DNA of 64,000 nucleotides from a virus: IMG/VR virus record IMGVR_UViG_3300032164_000010, positions 2,861 to 66,860 of that record; one strand, 5' to 3'. Shown piece by piece: positions 28,887 to 39,028 of this stretch (position 1 is its first letter; each line of letters starts with the position of its first letter). The notes under the pieces were generated by a model. It saw only the letters and a program-made list of their open reading frames with translations, ran no database searches and was not told where the DNA came from. The position numbers and the translations under genes were made by a program.

Positions 28887-30005
28887 CTACCTCATCTTGT
28901 AGCCGGCCTGCTGAAGCATCTCGACCGCACGCTGCTCGACGAGCTGGTTGACCTGATCCTCGTCGCTCATCTGCGGCTGCTGCCCCTGGGCCTGCCCCGG
29001 CATCTGCATGCCCGGCTGCTGCGGCTGCATGCCCTGAGCCGGCTGCTGCTGCTGCGCGGCCTGCTGCTCCTGGATCGGCTGACCGGTCGACGGGTCGATG
29101 CCGTTCTCGGTCAGGATCTCACCCGCCCGCATCTCCGCAAGCTTCTCGATGGCGAAAGCGGTCTTCGACTTCCACGAGTCCGACGCCTCGTCGTACTCCT
29201 GGTTCGCCGTCTCACGACCAGCCTTGACACCGGAGACGCGACCGGCGACCGTGCCCGCCGCGCCGACGCCGGCAAGGTACTTGCCGCGGTTCGCCGACAG
29301 GTGGCTGCCGACAGCCTGAGCGCCCCTGGAGACCGCATCAGCAGCCGCGCCCGCGTGATGCTTCAGGGCGGCCACGCGGCCGGTCATCGTGCCGGCCATG
29401 CCAGGGTTGCCGATCGGGCCGAGCGGGGTGGAAGCGGTCTTGGTCTGCTCGGAGGCGATCTTCTGGAGCTCCTGCGTGTAGGCGTGCGCCATCACGCGGC
29501 CCAGGAAGTCGGCCTCGGCGAACTTGGCCTGCGCCTCCTTCGCCATCTGCTGCTCCTGCTGCATGCCCTGCTGGGCCTGCATCTGCGCGATCATCGCCGG
29601 GTCGACCTGCGAGGGGTCGATGGCGTTCGGGTCCTGCTGCTGACCCGCCATCTGCTGTTGGATGAACGCGTCGTACTGCTGCACCGCCGCGAGCTGCTCG
29701 GGGGTGAACTGCGACACATCGAAGCCCTGGCCGTCGGTCTGCTGAGCGCCCTGGGCGTTCGGGTCGACTTGCTGCTGCGCGTTCGGGTCCTGCGGGGCTG
29801 CGCCCTGCTGACCACCCTGCGCCTCCTGAGTCATGACCTCGTTGTACAGGGAGTCGAGGTCCTGCGGCGACGCCTGCGAGAGGTCCAGACCCTCGGCCTC
29901 GGCGAGCTTCTGGAGGAACATGTACTGAGCGGTCTTCTCGATCTCGGCCTCGGGGGCTACGCCACCGGTGCCATACGCCTTTGCGAGCCAGCTATCCATC
30001 GTCAT
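28887..30005 (-). CDS. Q-rich putative scaffold/core protein with K-x-A sites
   Basis: EKTA, QKLA, AYTQELQKIA, TKTA, EKLA; Q/P tracts. Confidence 0.7.
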   Translation of the reverse strand: MTMDSWLAKAYGTGGVAPEAEIEKTAQYMFLQKLAEAEGLDLSQASPQDLDSLYNEVMTQEAQGGQQGAAPQDPNAQQQVDPNAQGAQQTDGQGFDVSQFTPEQLAAVQQYDAFIQQQMAGQQQDPNAIDPSQVDPAMIAQMQAQQGMQQEQQMAKEAQAKFAEADFLGRVMAHAYTQELQKIASEQTKTASTPLGPIGNPGMAGTMTGRVAALKHHAGAAADAVSRGAQAVGSHLSANRGKYLAGVGAAGTVAGRVSGVKAGRETANQEYDEASDSWKSKTAFAIEKLAEMRAGEILTENGIDPSTGQPIQEQQAAQQQQPAQGMQPQQPGMQMPGQAQGQQPQMSDEDQVNQLVEQRAVEMLQQAGYKMR

Positions 30006-30053
30006 CTCCTCTTTGTGGCCATTTGGCGGGCTTTCCTCGAAGTGCAAGCACCT

Positions 30054-32426
30054 CTATGCAGCCGCCTCCTGGTGTCCCATACGGGCCAGGGACATCGCTG
30101 CCTCGTTGGCGAGCGGGAAGTCCCTATCCTGCTGGAAGGCCCCTACCAGGTACGCGAGCGACTCGGGGCCGAGAGCGCTCGTGGCCACCTTCTCAACCCC
30201 ACCGGCGAAGGCCTCTGCCATGCTCGGACCGAACAGGTCGGCCCTAAGTTGGGGGTCGAGGGTAATGCAATTCTCGATGACGCTGGCCTTCTTGATGAGC
30301 TCCTGGCGGTAGCCGTTGTAGGCCGCTGCCAGCTTCTTCATGAACGGATCGGTCTCCTGCTCGACCTTCTTGTCCTCAGGCAGACGACGAGCGGTGATGC
30401 GGATGATCGTCACGCGAGGGGTCAATGCAGGAGAAGCGATGCTTCGTGCGCGTAGCATGCCGGTGAGGTTCAACAGCTCTGAGAGACGATCATCGGCGAG
30501 GTCGGGGGAGAAAGCAACGGGATCGACCTTGTCGGTCGACCCGAAGACCTGCCCCTTGCTGTCCATCTCGTCTGCCATTTGCTTGTCGCCGATGCTCACG
30601 AGCGTGAGCCTCTGGAACTCACGAGGCTTGAGGATGATGCCCATCCGTCCCAACGTGCCGAGTGACGGGCCGAGTCCAAGCCCGCCCATGATGTCCAGCA
30701 CGTCCTTTGGGATGTCTCGTTCAACGCCTTCAAGCCTTGGCAGAGCGTCTCTTGTGAAGGGCCCTGCCGGTATGGACTTTATAAGCTCGCTGACTTTCCT
30801 GTGGGAAGCACGTTTTTCTGCACGCTTCCCATCGAAGAGGACTTCGGCGAGCTTGTCCATCTCCTTCAGGTGGCAGCAATCGGGTGTCAAGAGCTTCGCG
30901 CAAGGGCACTTCTTCGATGCCTTCTTCTCGTGATGCTCCTTCGCGCCAACCTCGTTGTCGGCGAAAAGCACTCGAAGGGACTTCAACGAGACTCCGGTCA
31001 TCCCGCCGAATCGCTCCTTGGTGCCGCCCATGTGGTACTGGTAGCTGTCCTCGGCATCCTGCTTCGAGGCGTAGCCCAGCATCACCTTGTGCTCGTCGAA
31101 GGACCCATCCTTCTTGAGTTGCTTGACGACGTAGGCGGTCTGGTGATGACGGTCCGGGCCAACGTAGGCGTCGAGCTCTTCCCCATCTGCGTCCTTGGTG
31201 CCGGGGATGTAACCGTAGTCGGCCTTCATGAACCGCTTGTACTTGACCTCGCCGGTCTTCTTGTCCTTGTACTGGCGGGTCTCGCCCTTCTTCCATTCAA
31301 CCCAGACAGGGACCCCGAGAACATCGAGCTTCTTCTTGACAGCATCGTTGGCAGTCTTCTCGAGATCAGCCTCGTTCGTGGTGTTGAAGTGGCAGCTCAT
31401 GCACAGCCACTTCTGTAGTCCACGGTTGTAGAAGACCTCGCTCTTCTCGCAGCGAGGACACTCCCGACCGATGCTGCTGGCGATCTTCATCGCGTCGATG
31501 TGGCCGGTGTGGTTGCGGGTGGGAATACTGTCCCACCAGTCCTTCTTCTGCTGGACCTCTTGATGGGCTTCTGCCTTCTGAGCAGCCTTCGCTGTATCGG
31601 GCACCAACGACTGCGGGACAACAGCAGCCGTCTTGGTGAGGACGCAGCAGCTACCGAAGCAGTTCTGCCGAAGGTCAGAAGCCAGCTTGGCAAGGACCTT
31701 GGCAGTCTTGTCGGCGCCGATGAAGACGAAGCTGATGTCGAAGAAGCGAGGACGGTCGTTCCTCACCGCGACCTTACGGCCGTCGGGGAGGATCTTGTTC
31801 ATCATCCTGCTGGCGTGTTCACAGTAGTCGCTGGTGGTCTTGGACGCCTTCTCGCAGATGGTGCAGAAGTCCTCGGGGACCTTGCAGCCCATCGAGACAT
31901 CCGGGAACTCTCCCTGCTCGATGCGCTCGATGACGTCGTAGGCGCCCCACTTCTTGGCCAGGACGCGGTCGAGGTAGATGATGAGCTCGACCCGGTGCAT
32001 GACCGGGTTCCAGACAGCGAGCTCTACCCGTCCGAACGCCTTGCTCGGGTCCTTGTTGACGTGGTGCTTGTACGGGTAGGCGTTCATGAACGTGGGGAAG
32101 CCGTAGTCCCACGTCTTGCCGACCTCCTGCATCTTCTCGGGGGACATCTCGTCCCAGCCGGGAGGTGCGTGGATCAGCGCCTTCTCTGGGAACAGGTCTC
32201 CGTTGACGTTCGAGCCCCAGTACTCACCGGCGCCGAGAGCGTTGACGAGGATGTAGATGCCGTGCGGGGTCGACTTGACTGCACGGAGGAAGTCCTGAAT
32301 GCGCGGATGCAGCTTGGACCGGAAGTCGGGAGCTGCTGTCTTCTCGAGGCCGCCTCCGGTAAGGGGCCAGACGTTCTGGTTCCCTTGGTCGTCGAACGCC
32401 TTGACGGTGAAGACCTTCTCCATCAT
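30054..32426 (-). CDS. prohead maturation protease fused to Zn-ribbon and pyrophosphatase-like (InPase) domains
   Basis: N-terminal NVNGD...YKHH...VSMGCKVPEDFCTIC...YCEH...FFDISFV; middle ADYGYIPGTKDADGEELDAYVG...FDEHKVMLGY. Confidence 0.7.
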   Translation of the reverse strand: MMEKVFTVKAFDDQGNQNVWPLTGGGLEKTAAPDFRSKLHPRIQDFLRAVKSTPHGIYILVNALGAGEYWGSNVNGDLFPEKALIHAPPGWDEMSPEKMQEVGKTWDYGFPTFMNAYPYKHHVNKDPSKAFGRVELAVWNPVMHRVELIIYLDRVLAKKWGAYDVIERIEQGEFPDVSMGCKVPEDFCTICEKASKTTSDYCEHASRMMNKILPDGRKVAVRNDRPRFFDISFVFIGADKTAKVLAKLASDLRQNCFGSCCVLTKTAAVVPQSLVPDTAKAAQKAEAHQEVQQKKDWWDSIPTRNHTGHIDAMKIASSIGRECPRCEKSEVFYNRGLQKWLCMSCHFNTTNEADLEKTANDAVKKKLDVLGVPVWVEWKKGETRQYKDKKTGEVKYKRFMKADYGYIPGTKDADGEELDAYVGPDRHHQTAYVVKQLKKDGSFDEHKVMLGYASKQDAEDSYQYHMGGTKERFGGMTGVSLKSLRVLFADNEVGAKEHHEKKASKKCPCAKLLTPDCCHLKEMDKLAEVLFDGKRAEKRASHRKVSELIKSIPAGPFTRDALPRLEGVERDIPKDVLDIMGGLGLGPSLGTLGRMGIILKPREFQRLTLVSIGDKQMADEMDSKGQVFGSTDKVDPVAFSPDLADDRLSELLNLTGMLRARSIASPALTPRVTIIRITARRLPEDKKVEQETDPFMKKLAAAYNGYRQELIKKASVIENCITLDPQLRADLFGPSMAEAFAGGVEKVATSALGPESLAYLVGAFQQDRDFPLANEAAMSLARMGHQEAAA

Positions 32427-32432
32427 GCAGAA

Positions 32433-33512
32433 CTACCAGGGCTCGTCCGTTGATGTGCGCACCGGGACTCGGACGACACGCTGCTTGCCTCGTTCCCTCT
32501 TGAGACGAGCGTGCTCTCTCTCGAGATCTCGCAGAGACTGGGCACTGCTTCTCTCACTGCCCATCTGCTGAGCCATCTGCCGCGCCTTGTAGCGGTTGAG
32601 GTTGTGCTGCATCTCTTCAATCTCCTGAGCGCGGGCCAGGAGGTCTGGATCGTTCTCACGTTCGGCTCGCGTGAGGTTCTCCACATCGAGCCTCCGCTTG
32701 ACTCCACTGGGCTCCAACATGTCTTGGAGCTGGCGCACGCGCAGAGCTTCCTGCTCTTTACGGTGCCCGAAGATGCCTTCATCAGTCTGCTGGATGAGCT
32801 GCCTTTCCTTGAGAGCCAACAGCGGATCAGGAGCCATGCTGGCATCCATCTGCATCATCCGCTTGGCGTTCATCTGCCGCTCGCTTGAGGTCTCCCACGG
32901 CAGCTTGCCGACCATCGGGAGCTTCCTGATGTTGGTCAGGTGCTGGCGAGAGGAAATGAGGCCAGTGAGCTCTCCGAGGTTGATCTGGCCACGCTCGCCG
33001 GCTGCCTGCTCAACTTGGTTCCGCACCCAGCTCCCCGCAACGTAGGGGTCGCCGGAGAACTCCGGGTTGAATCGGTGCAGGGTTGAGAAGGCCCGCATCG
33101 TGTGCTGGCTCGGCATCCCCTTGAGGTCGGGGTTCGCCTGGATCATCTTCTTGTAGTTGCGGCCCTTCGTGAGACCTCGACGAAGAGCATCGTAGGCATC
33201 GCCTGCGAGATTGATAGCGATGCTGGTGGCGATGGTGGCCCCGACGCCAGCTCCAGCATAGGCCAAGTTTCTCGCCATCGGGTTCTTGATGCCGGCGATA
33301 AGGCCTTGCGCTACCGGGGCAGCCGCACCTGCTAGAGCCCCAGCGGCTCCAGCAACGGCAGCAGCCTTCTTGAGGATGCCATCGAGGTTCTCGAGAATCT
33401 CGGCCCTGAACGGACTCTGCCGCACTTCCTCAGCGGTCTCGGACATGTAGTTGAAGATGCCCGGGGAGACCTCGGCCACCTTCGACATCAGGAACTCGCT
33501 GGTGGTGACCAT
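32433..33512 (-). CDS. putative virion protein with hydrophobic glycine-rich segment
   Basis: SKVA, KKAA; AGAGVGATIA segment. Confidence 0.65.
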   Translation of the reverse strand: MVTTSEFLMSKVAEVSPGIFNYMSETAEEVRQSPFRAEILENLDGILKKAAAVAGAAGALAGAAAPVAQGLIAGIKNPMARNLAYAGAGVGATIATSIAINLAGDAYDALRRGLTKGRNYKKMIQANPDLKGMPSQHTMRAFSTLHRFNPEFSGDPYVAGSWVRNQVEQAAGERGQINLGELTGLISSRQHLTNIRKLPMVGKLPWETSSERQMNAKRMMQMDASMAPDPLLALKERQLIQQTDEGIFGHRKEQEALRVRQLQDMLEPSGVKRRLDVENLTRAERENDPDLLARAQEIEEMQHNLNRYKARQMAQQMGSERSSAQSLRDLEREHARLKRERGKQRVVRVPVRTSTDEPW

Positions 33513-33805
33513 CACATCCCTCCGGGGCCGGGTCCCTGAGGCATCGACTGGTATCCTTGCAGGTTGGGGTCGAAGCCCATGTTCGCCTTGCGGTACTCCT
33601 GCTTCCCCTTGCTGATGGACGACCCAAGTCCCATGACGCCGCCCGCAAGCATGATGGGAGCTGCGATGCCGTGCTTGCGAACGACACCCTTCACAGCACC
33701 TTTGGCCAGGGCCGGCAACACTCCGAGCATGGCTGTCTTCTCCAGAGAAGAGCCTGCCATGTAACGAAGGATCGACCCCGCGAACGAGAAGCGTGTGTAG
33801 TTCAT
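33512..33805 (-). CDS. small putative virion protein
   Basis: LEKTA followed by hydrophobic/Gly-rich segments. Confidence 0.65.
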   Translation of the reverse strand: MNYTRFSFAGSILRYMAGSSLEKTAMLGVLPALAKGAVKGVVRKHGIAAPIMLAGGVMGLGSSISKGKQEYRKANMGFDPNLQGYQSMPQGPGPGGM

Positions 33806-34911
33806 CGGAGCTCACTCAAGAAGGTGGTGGTCTGCTTGAGCCCTTCGCGCACCTGGCAAAGGGCGACCTCAGTGCGGACCTGCTCCTCCGCAGCCTTCAC
33901 CAGGCCGGCAAAGGTACGGATGACCGGGTGCTCGATGTTGACCAGCATGGAAGCTGTCTTGGTGAGCTGACCCTTGAGGACCTCAGGACGCACCTCGCCG
34001 GCAATCTTCTCCACGATGGGCTTGAGGATGGCGAAGACCATGTCCTTCGATGCTGTCTTCTCCAGGGCCGAGATGACACCGCCCAGGCCGGCGCCATCCG
34101 GGTCCAGAACTTCGTGTTTCACAGCAGCATAGAGGTCGGCCTTGGCTTGCTTGACGAGGAGATCGAACTCCTCGTGAGCCGCAGTGAGCTCCGTGTTGGC
34201 TGCACGGAGTTGGGTGTGAAGGTCGTGCACGTCGAGTGTGGGGTCCGAGTGGGCCACCTTGACGTTGCTGGCCAAGGCTGCGCCGATGGGAACAGCTCCA
34301 CCGATCAGTGCGCCTGTTCCAGCACCGTGACGAAGCCCCTCCATCCGATGTCCGGGCTCAGCGCGCAAAGCACCGAGGCCAGCACCTATGGACGTACCAG
34401 CCCCGATGCCCAACGCCACTCGCTTCGCCGAGTCGACCATGCCGGCCATCTTCTCGATGGCTTCTCCCTGCCGGAACTGCCCATCGACCCCGCCGCGGCT
34501 GTTGAGATACTCCATGCCCGACTCGGGGTCGGCGAACTGGGTCTTCTCGAGGACATCCTGCGGGGACCGGTGGTAGTCCGAGGACATGACCTTGCCGTCG
34601 TGCGCTGGAGAACCACCGTCCTTCGTGTCACGAAGAACGACTCCGGGATCGGCGACATCGAAGTGGACGTTCTTGTCCTCGGACTTCTGAAAGAGCTCCT
34701 GGAACGCCGAGTTGTTGGCGAACTCGACCACCCGCTTGATGTGCTCGTTGTTCAGCTCCGGGTGCTCCGCCACCATGTCGACGATGGCCTGGTTGAGGGG
34801 TACCCCTCGGTCCAGGAACATCCGCACCGATCGGTGCCCGATGGTCTCGAGCAGCTCTGGGGGTACTGTCTGGGCAGGGGAACTGGTAAGGAGCTGCTCG
34901 AAAGGATCCAT
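33802..34911 (-). CDS. putative head protein with glycine-zipper insert and K-x-A sites
   Basis: GGAGG RBS; EKMA...GIGAGTSIGAGLG...GAGTGALIGG...VKVA; EKTA, EKIA, TKTA. Confidence 0.7.
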   Translation of the reverse strand: MDPFEQLLTSSPAQTVPPELLETIGHRSVRMFLDRGVPLNQAIVDMVAEHPELNNEHIKRVVEFANNSAFQELFQKSEDKNVHFDVADPGVVLRDTKDGGSPAHDGKVMSSDYHRSPQDVLEKTQFADPESGMEYLNSRGGVDGQFRQGEAIEKMAGMVDSAKRVALGIGAGTSIGAGLGALRAEPGHRMEGLRHGAGTGALIGGAVPIGAALASNVKVAHSDPTLDVHDLHTQLRAANTELTAAHEEFDLLVKQAKADLYAAVKHEVLDPDGAGLGGVISALEKTASKDMVFAILKPIVEKIAGEVRPEVLKGQLTKTASMLVNIEHPVIRTFAGLVKAAEEQVRTEVALCQVREGLKQTTTFLSELR

Positions 34912-34979
34912 GAGCCTGCTGTCCTCCGATAGGATGGATAGTAAGGGTATCATCTCAGAGTGGGAAGGAGAAACTGCCA

Positions 34980-35675
34980 GTGTCCAATGTCTTAACCCTC
35001 GGGCAAGCGGCCAAGTTGATAGGAGTCAGCCAGCGGAGCGTTCACCGTTACATCCGCAAGGGCTACCTGAGGAGAGCAACAAAGGGCAGAGGTAGTGGAG
35101 TCTTCGAAGATGACGCCGAGCGCCTGCGCAAGACGGTAGAAGAACCCCTCCCCATCTCCATCAACAAGTTCACCTTCGTGGAGCTCTACGAGAAGGTGAT
35201 ATGGCTCGAGCGGCAGATGGCGTCTGTACTTCACGTACTCAACCTCCGCCAACAACCGCTCCAGAGAACCGACGCCGAGATGTTCGCTCTCTTCAAGATG
35301 GCAGAGCGTCACCTCAACGAAGGATGGTCTCCACCAGATGAACCTAACTGGGTGGAGATCTTCCTACAGCTCAAGCGCGAACACATCGAGCAGATCGAGA
35401 GAACTACAAACTGCGAGGACCCGTGGCTGCCCCTATACCAGCTCGCAGCAGCTATGCACCTGGCTGCCTACGACGGAGCCCTGAAAGAGAAGTTCCTCGC
35501 CGGTCGAGAGAACATCCGCGCCATCGGAGAGTTCTGGGTGCGCCTCAAGGGAAGAGGACCAAGAACGCTCGATCTGCTCATCAAGCGAGACTCTGTTCCG
35601 TTCAACCGTCTGCTTCGTCTGCTAGACAAGAGAAAGACCAAGAGTTCTGCAAATCTATCCCCCTTTGAGAGATAA
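34980..35675 (+). CDS. helix-turn-helix (excisionase/MerR-like) DNA-binding protein
   Basis: LTLGQAAKLIGVSQRSVHRYIRKGYL. Confidence 0.8.
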   Translation: MSNVLTLGQAAKLIGVSQRSVHRYIRKGYLRRATKGRGSGVFEDDAERLRKTVEEPLPISINKFTFVELYEKVIWLERQMASVLHVLNLRQQPLQRTDAEMFALFKMAERHLNEGWSPPDEPNWVEIFLQLKREHIEQIERTTNCEDPWLPLYQLAAAMHLAAYDGALKEKFLAGRENIRAIGEFWVRLKGRGPRTLDLLIKRDSVPFNRLLRLLDKRKTKSSANLSPFER

Positions 35676-35758
35676 GAAAATTGAGTCCAGGATTCATACG
35701 CTTCTAGGGCGGCCGCCCGAAGACCCCTGGACCAACTCTCTATCTCCGGAGGATACAC

Positions 35759-36151
35759 ATGAAGACGTCACCGAAGGTCAGCGGATTCTTGGTTCGTTGT
35801 GGACTCGAGCAGGAGCAGCAGCCGGCGCAGCCGCAGATGCCCCCGCCTCCGCTCCCGCCGACGTACTCGGCGGATGAGCTCTCGACCGAGCAGCTCTCCG
35901 CGCTCGTCGAGGCCGGTGCCGAGCGCGGCTGCGCCCGCGCCATCGACAGGAAGCTCGGGCGGCGGGGAGAGGCCTCGGGCTTCCTCCCCAGCGGGTGGAA
36001 GGCGATCAGCTTCAACGTGGTGGTGGCCGTGACCGCCATCGGCGGCACGATGCTGGTGAAGCGCTGGACCAGCAAGAAGTCGCAACCCGCGGCCGCTACG
36101 GACTCGATGGGAGCGATCCCCCTCCCCACGAAGCGCACGGCCCTCTCCTAA
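35759..36151 (+). CDS. hypothetical membrane protein
   Basis: GGAGG RBS; one hydrophobic helix; unit bounded by GATAAG (35671) and hairpin+TTCTTAGG (36181-36216). Confidence 0.65.
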   Translation: MKTSPKVSGFLVRCGLEQEQQPAQPQMPPPPLPPTYSADELSTEQLSALVEAGAERGCARAIDRKLGRRGEASGFLPSGWKAISFNVVVAVTAIGGTMLVKRWTSKKSQPAAATDSMGAIPLPTKRTALS

Positions 36152-36211
36152 CCAGCCAGGCCCCCTCACGCAGTACGCACGCGAGCCGCGGACTCTCCGC
36201 GACCTCGCTTC

Positions 36212-38053
36212 TTAGGTAGCTGAGGGGGAGGCGCGTCGACTGTTGCTACCAGTCTGAACCTGGGGCGCAATGACATCAGGACGTGGGTAACGCATCATAG
36301 ACGCCAAGAAGCAAAGCAAGATGGAGTGGAAAGCGTCGTCCGTGGAGTTCGGGGACTTCTTGTACTGGTTCAAGCGCATCTGCTCGTTGTACTCGGAGAA
36401 GATATTGAGCATGTCGGCGCCGTAGGGGTTCTGGAAGTCGTCCCACTTAGGGAACCGAAAAACGTCTCGTCTCTTGATGGCATTGAAGAGATCAGACATC
36501 ACTTCAGTACGGTGCACCAGGAAACGCTGAAGCCCGTCGTCGTACTTCACCTTTGTGGAGGGGGTGGAGTACTGATACTTGGCGATGCGCTGCCAGCCGT
36601 ACTTGCGCGTGAGCTCGTCGTTCGGCCAGAAGCCCCCGCCGTAGTCCACACCTACCAAGGTGACGTGAAAGCGAGTGAGCAGCGCCTCGATCATGGGCAT
36701 CTGGTAGTCGGGCTCAGCCTCCTTGCCCTCGAAGCGATGGATGTAGAAGATCGTGAAACGCCCCTCGATGTACGCTCCCAGAGATACCACCGTGTAGGTG
36801 TTCTCTCCAGTGCCCCAGTCCACGCCCATGAAGATGGGAGTGACAGCTCCTAGATGCTTACGGATGGTGTCTACGAACTCGTTGTCGAGTGAGTAGGAGG
36901 GGTCACAGTTGTCCATCACATCTTGGCGCGTGAGTGGACGTGTGCCGGAGTCGTAGGAGAGCCCCAGAACCTCGTTGTAGAACTTAGCTCGGGAGTAGGT
37001 GAGCTGCTTCTGAAGGATCTCCTCGTGCGAGATCCAGGGCACCATGAGCTGTGGAATCCTGAAGCCCTCGTATGGCTTCGGGATGGACTTCAGCACACCA
37101 GGGTTCAGGGACACCCAGGTGCACATGGGGTCTGCCGGACTGATCGGCATCCGGCACTTGTCACAGACCAAGTTCTTCTCGCCGATGTGATCCTCGGTGA
37201 GCAGGTTCCAGTGAACCTTCACGCTGCCCTGCGCCGTGTTGTACATGTGCCGGTGGCAGGGGACAGCCCACTCATTCTGGGTCGAGTAGTTCGTCCAGTA
37301 GTACTCGATGGTGTTGTCGAGGCTCTTGGGCGTCCCCGAGTACATGAAGATCTTGTACGGAGAGTGGGATGCACATTCCTCGATGACTGGGATGTTGTCG
37401 ACGAGGATGTCCTGAAGCTCATCCACGCAGATGATGTCCGCCGGGATGCCTCGGGTACGGTCGGCGTTCATGTACGCGTAGCGGAGGGTGATCTGGGAGC
37501 GGTTGATGAACTTCTTGAGGAAGACGTTGTCTGAGAGCTTCGTTGTGGTCCAGGCCCGCAGGTACTCGCTGGTCTCCATCGGCTCCTTGAGCCTGTCCTG
37601 CGAGAACACCTTGGTCTGCATGTTCGTCGGTGCGACGTACAAGGAGTTGCAAGCCGTGATGATGCAGGAGTAGTCAAGGAGCTTGTTCCCGAGGAGCGTG
37701 GACTTTTCAACCTGGCGCCCACACTTCAGTAGCGACCGCTTGGCATCCGTATCGTAGATCTGCCGCAGGTACTCCCGTCCTGTGAAGGTGAAGGGAGAGT
37801 AGGTCTGCTTCTCCTTGTCCGGCATGCGGACCGCGAACTCGGTGAACATCGACGGGCTGACATCCACCAGTTCTCCGGCGTGGGACAGCACGAACTCGGC
37901 ATCAAAGGCATCTTCGAGCTCGGGCTCTACGTCCCACTCTTCAGGGTAGTCCACGCCCTTGAAGATCCCGTTGTCGAAGAGGACGGTCTTCTGAGACCTC
38001 TCCCGTTCGTAGGCTCCGAGATCCTCTATGAGCTGGAACATGGCTAGACCCAC
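36212..38053 (-). CDS. terL: terminase large subunit
   Basis: KCGRQVEKST (Walker A), ICVDELQD (Walker B), SGTP, nuclease MGVDWG and DDAFHS. Confidence 0.9.
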   Translation of the reverse strand: MGLAMFQLIEDLGAYERERSQKTVLFDNGIFKGVDYPEEWDVEPELEDAFDAEFVLSHAGELVDVSPSMFTEFAVRMPDKEKQTYSPFTFTGREYLRQIYDTDAKRSLLKCGRQVEKSTLLGNKLLDYSCIITACNSLYVAPTNMQTKVFSQDRLKEPMETSEYLRAWTTTKLSDNVFLKKFINRSQITLRYAYMNADRTRGIPADIICVDELQDILVDNIPVIEECASHSPYKIFMYSGTPKSLDNTIEYYWTNYSTQNEWAVPCHRHMYNTAQGSVKVHWNLLTEDHIGEKNLVCDKCRMPISPADPMCTWVSLNPGVLKSIPKPYEGFRIPQLMVPWISHEEILQKQLTYSRAKFYNEVLGLSYDSGTRPLTRQDVMDNCDPSYSLDNEFVDTIRKHLGAVTPIFMGVDWGTGENTYTVVSLGAYIEGRFTIFYIHRFEGKEAEPDYQMPMIEALLTRFHVTLVGVDYGGGFWPNDELTRKYGWQRIAKYQYSTPSTKVKYDDGLQRFLVHRTEVMSDLFNAIKRRDVFRFPKWDDFQNPYGADMLNIFSEYNEQMRLNQYKKSPNSTDDAFHSILLCFLASMMRYPRPDVIAPQVQTGSNSRRASPSAT

Positions 38054-38079
38054 TCTACCAGAAGTTCTACCGTGGGGTT

Positions 38080-38406
38080 GTGGTCGCGGGCCCCATCGCC
38101 TGGTTGCTGGAACTGCAAAGCTGCCTCAACACAGCGACTGATGGGGAGATCATCAAGCTAGAGGTGTTGGGAACGGTCAACCCCCTGGTGCGGGAAGCCT
38201 ACTTCCACCTGTCGACGAGCTGGGAGGACAACAGCTTCCGCCCTTTCTCTGTGCTAGCTCACGCCTTTGCACGGGCCAACGGGTGCGCTATTCATCGTCT
38301 GTGGCGGGACGGCAACAAGCTGGGGATGGAGGTTCACACACCACGAAGACTAGGACAGGATCGTCGAGTGAACCCACTGACAGATTCTAATCCTCCTCGG
38401 AGATAA
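38080..38406 (+). CDS. hypothetical protein
   Basis: 108-aa ORF divergent from terL. Confidence 0.5.
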   Translation: MVAGPIAWLLELQSCLNTATDGEIIKLEVLGTVNPLVREAYFHLSTSWEDNSFRPFSVLAHAFARANGCAIHRLWRDGNKLGMEVHTPRRLGQDRRVNPLTDSNPPRR

Positions 38407-38431
38407 GGGCTGAAGTTGCGGGAGGCTTACC

Positions 38432-39028
38432 ATGACATGGCTGGTGTGTGGCCTAGATGAAGTAGGGCGAGGTTGCCTGGCCGGGCCCATCATGGCCGTG
38501 GCCGCTCTGTTCGACCAACGTCCGGGACCATGTCCCATCGCTGGAGTGAAGGACTCCAAGGCCTACGGAGACCCGGCTGTACGCCTACGGGTTTTTCAAC
38601 ATATCCTCGAGAGTCCTTACCTCATCGACTTCGGTGTGGGCGAGGGCTCTGTGGAAGAGATCGATGCCCAAGGTATCGATGTCGCCAACCAACTCGCGTT
38701 CTCTCGGGCAGTGGGGTCCATCAAGCAACCCTTCAACCTACTGATAGTCGATGGCGACAAACCACTGAAGGACTGCAAGGTGCCACAGTCGGTGGAACCG
38801 AAGGCCGACGCCAAGTACTGGACGGTAAGTGCTGCCAGTGTACTGGCCAAGGTCATCCGCGACAGGATGATGCACGAGGTAGCTCTGCTCTACCCGCAGT
38901 ACGACCTCATGTCCAACGCCGGCTACGGCACCCCAAAGCACATCTCAGCCTTGAAGGCCTACGGCTCTGTGCCAGGGCTGCACCGAAGCAAGTTCATCCG
39001 CAAGTTCATCACTAGGGAGGGAGCATGA
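38432..39028 (+). CDS. rnhB: ribonuclease HII
   Basis: GLDEVGRGCLAGP, DSK, VDG, KAD..SAASVLAKV.RD, GYGT..H. Confidence 0.95.
   Translation: MTWLVCGLDEVGRGCLAGPIMAVAALFDQRPGPCPIAGVKDSKAYGDPAVRLRVFQHILESPYLIDFGVGEGSVEEIDAQGIDVANQLAFSRAVGSIKQPFNLLIVDGDKPLKDCKVPQSVEPKADAKYWTVSAASVLAKVIRDRMMHEVALLYPQYDLMSNAGYGTPKHISALKAYGSVPGLHRSKFIRKFITREGA

Noticed and set aside
28950-29830. CAG/CTG-rich tracts as DNA repeats
   Set aside because: Explained by Gln-rich low-complexity protein sequence
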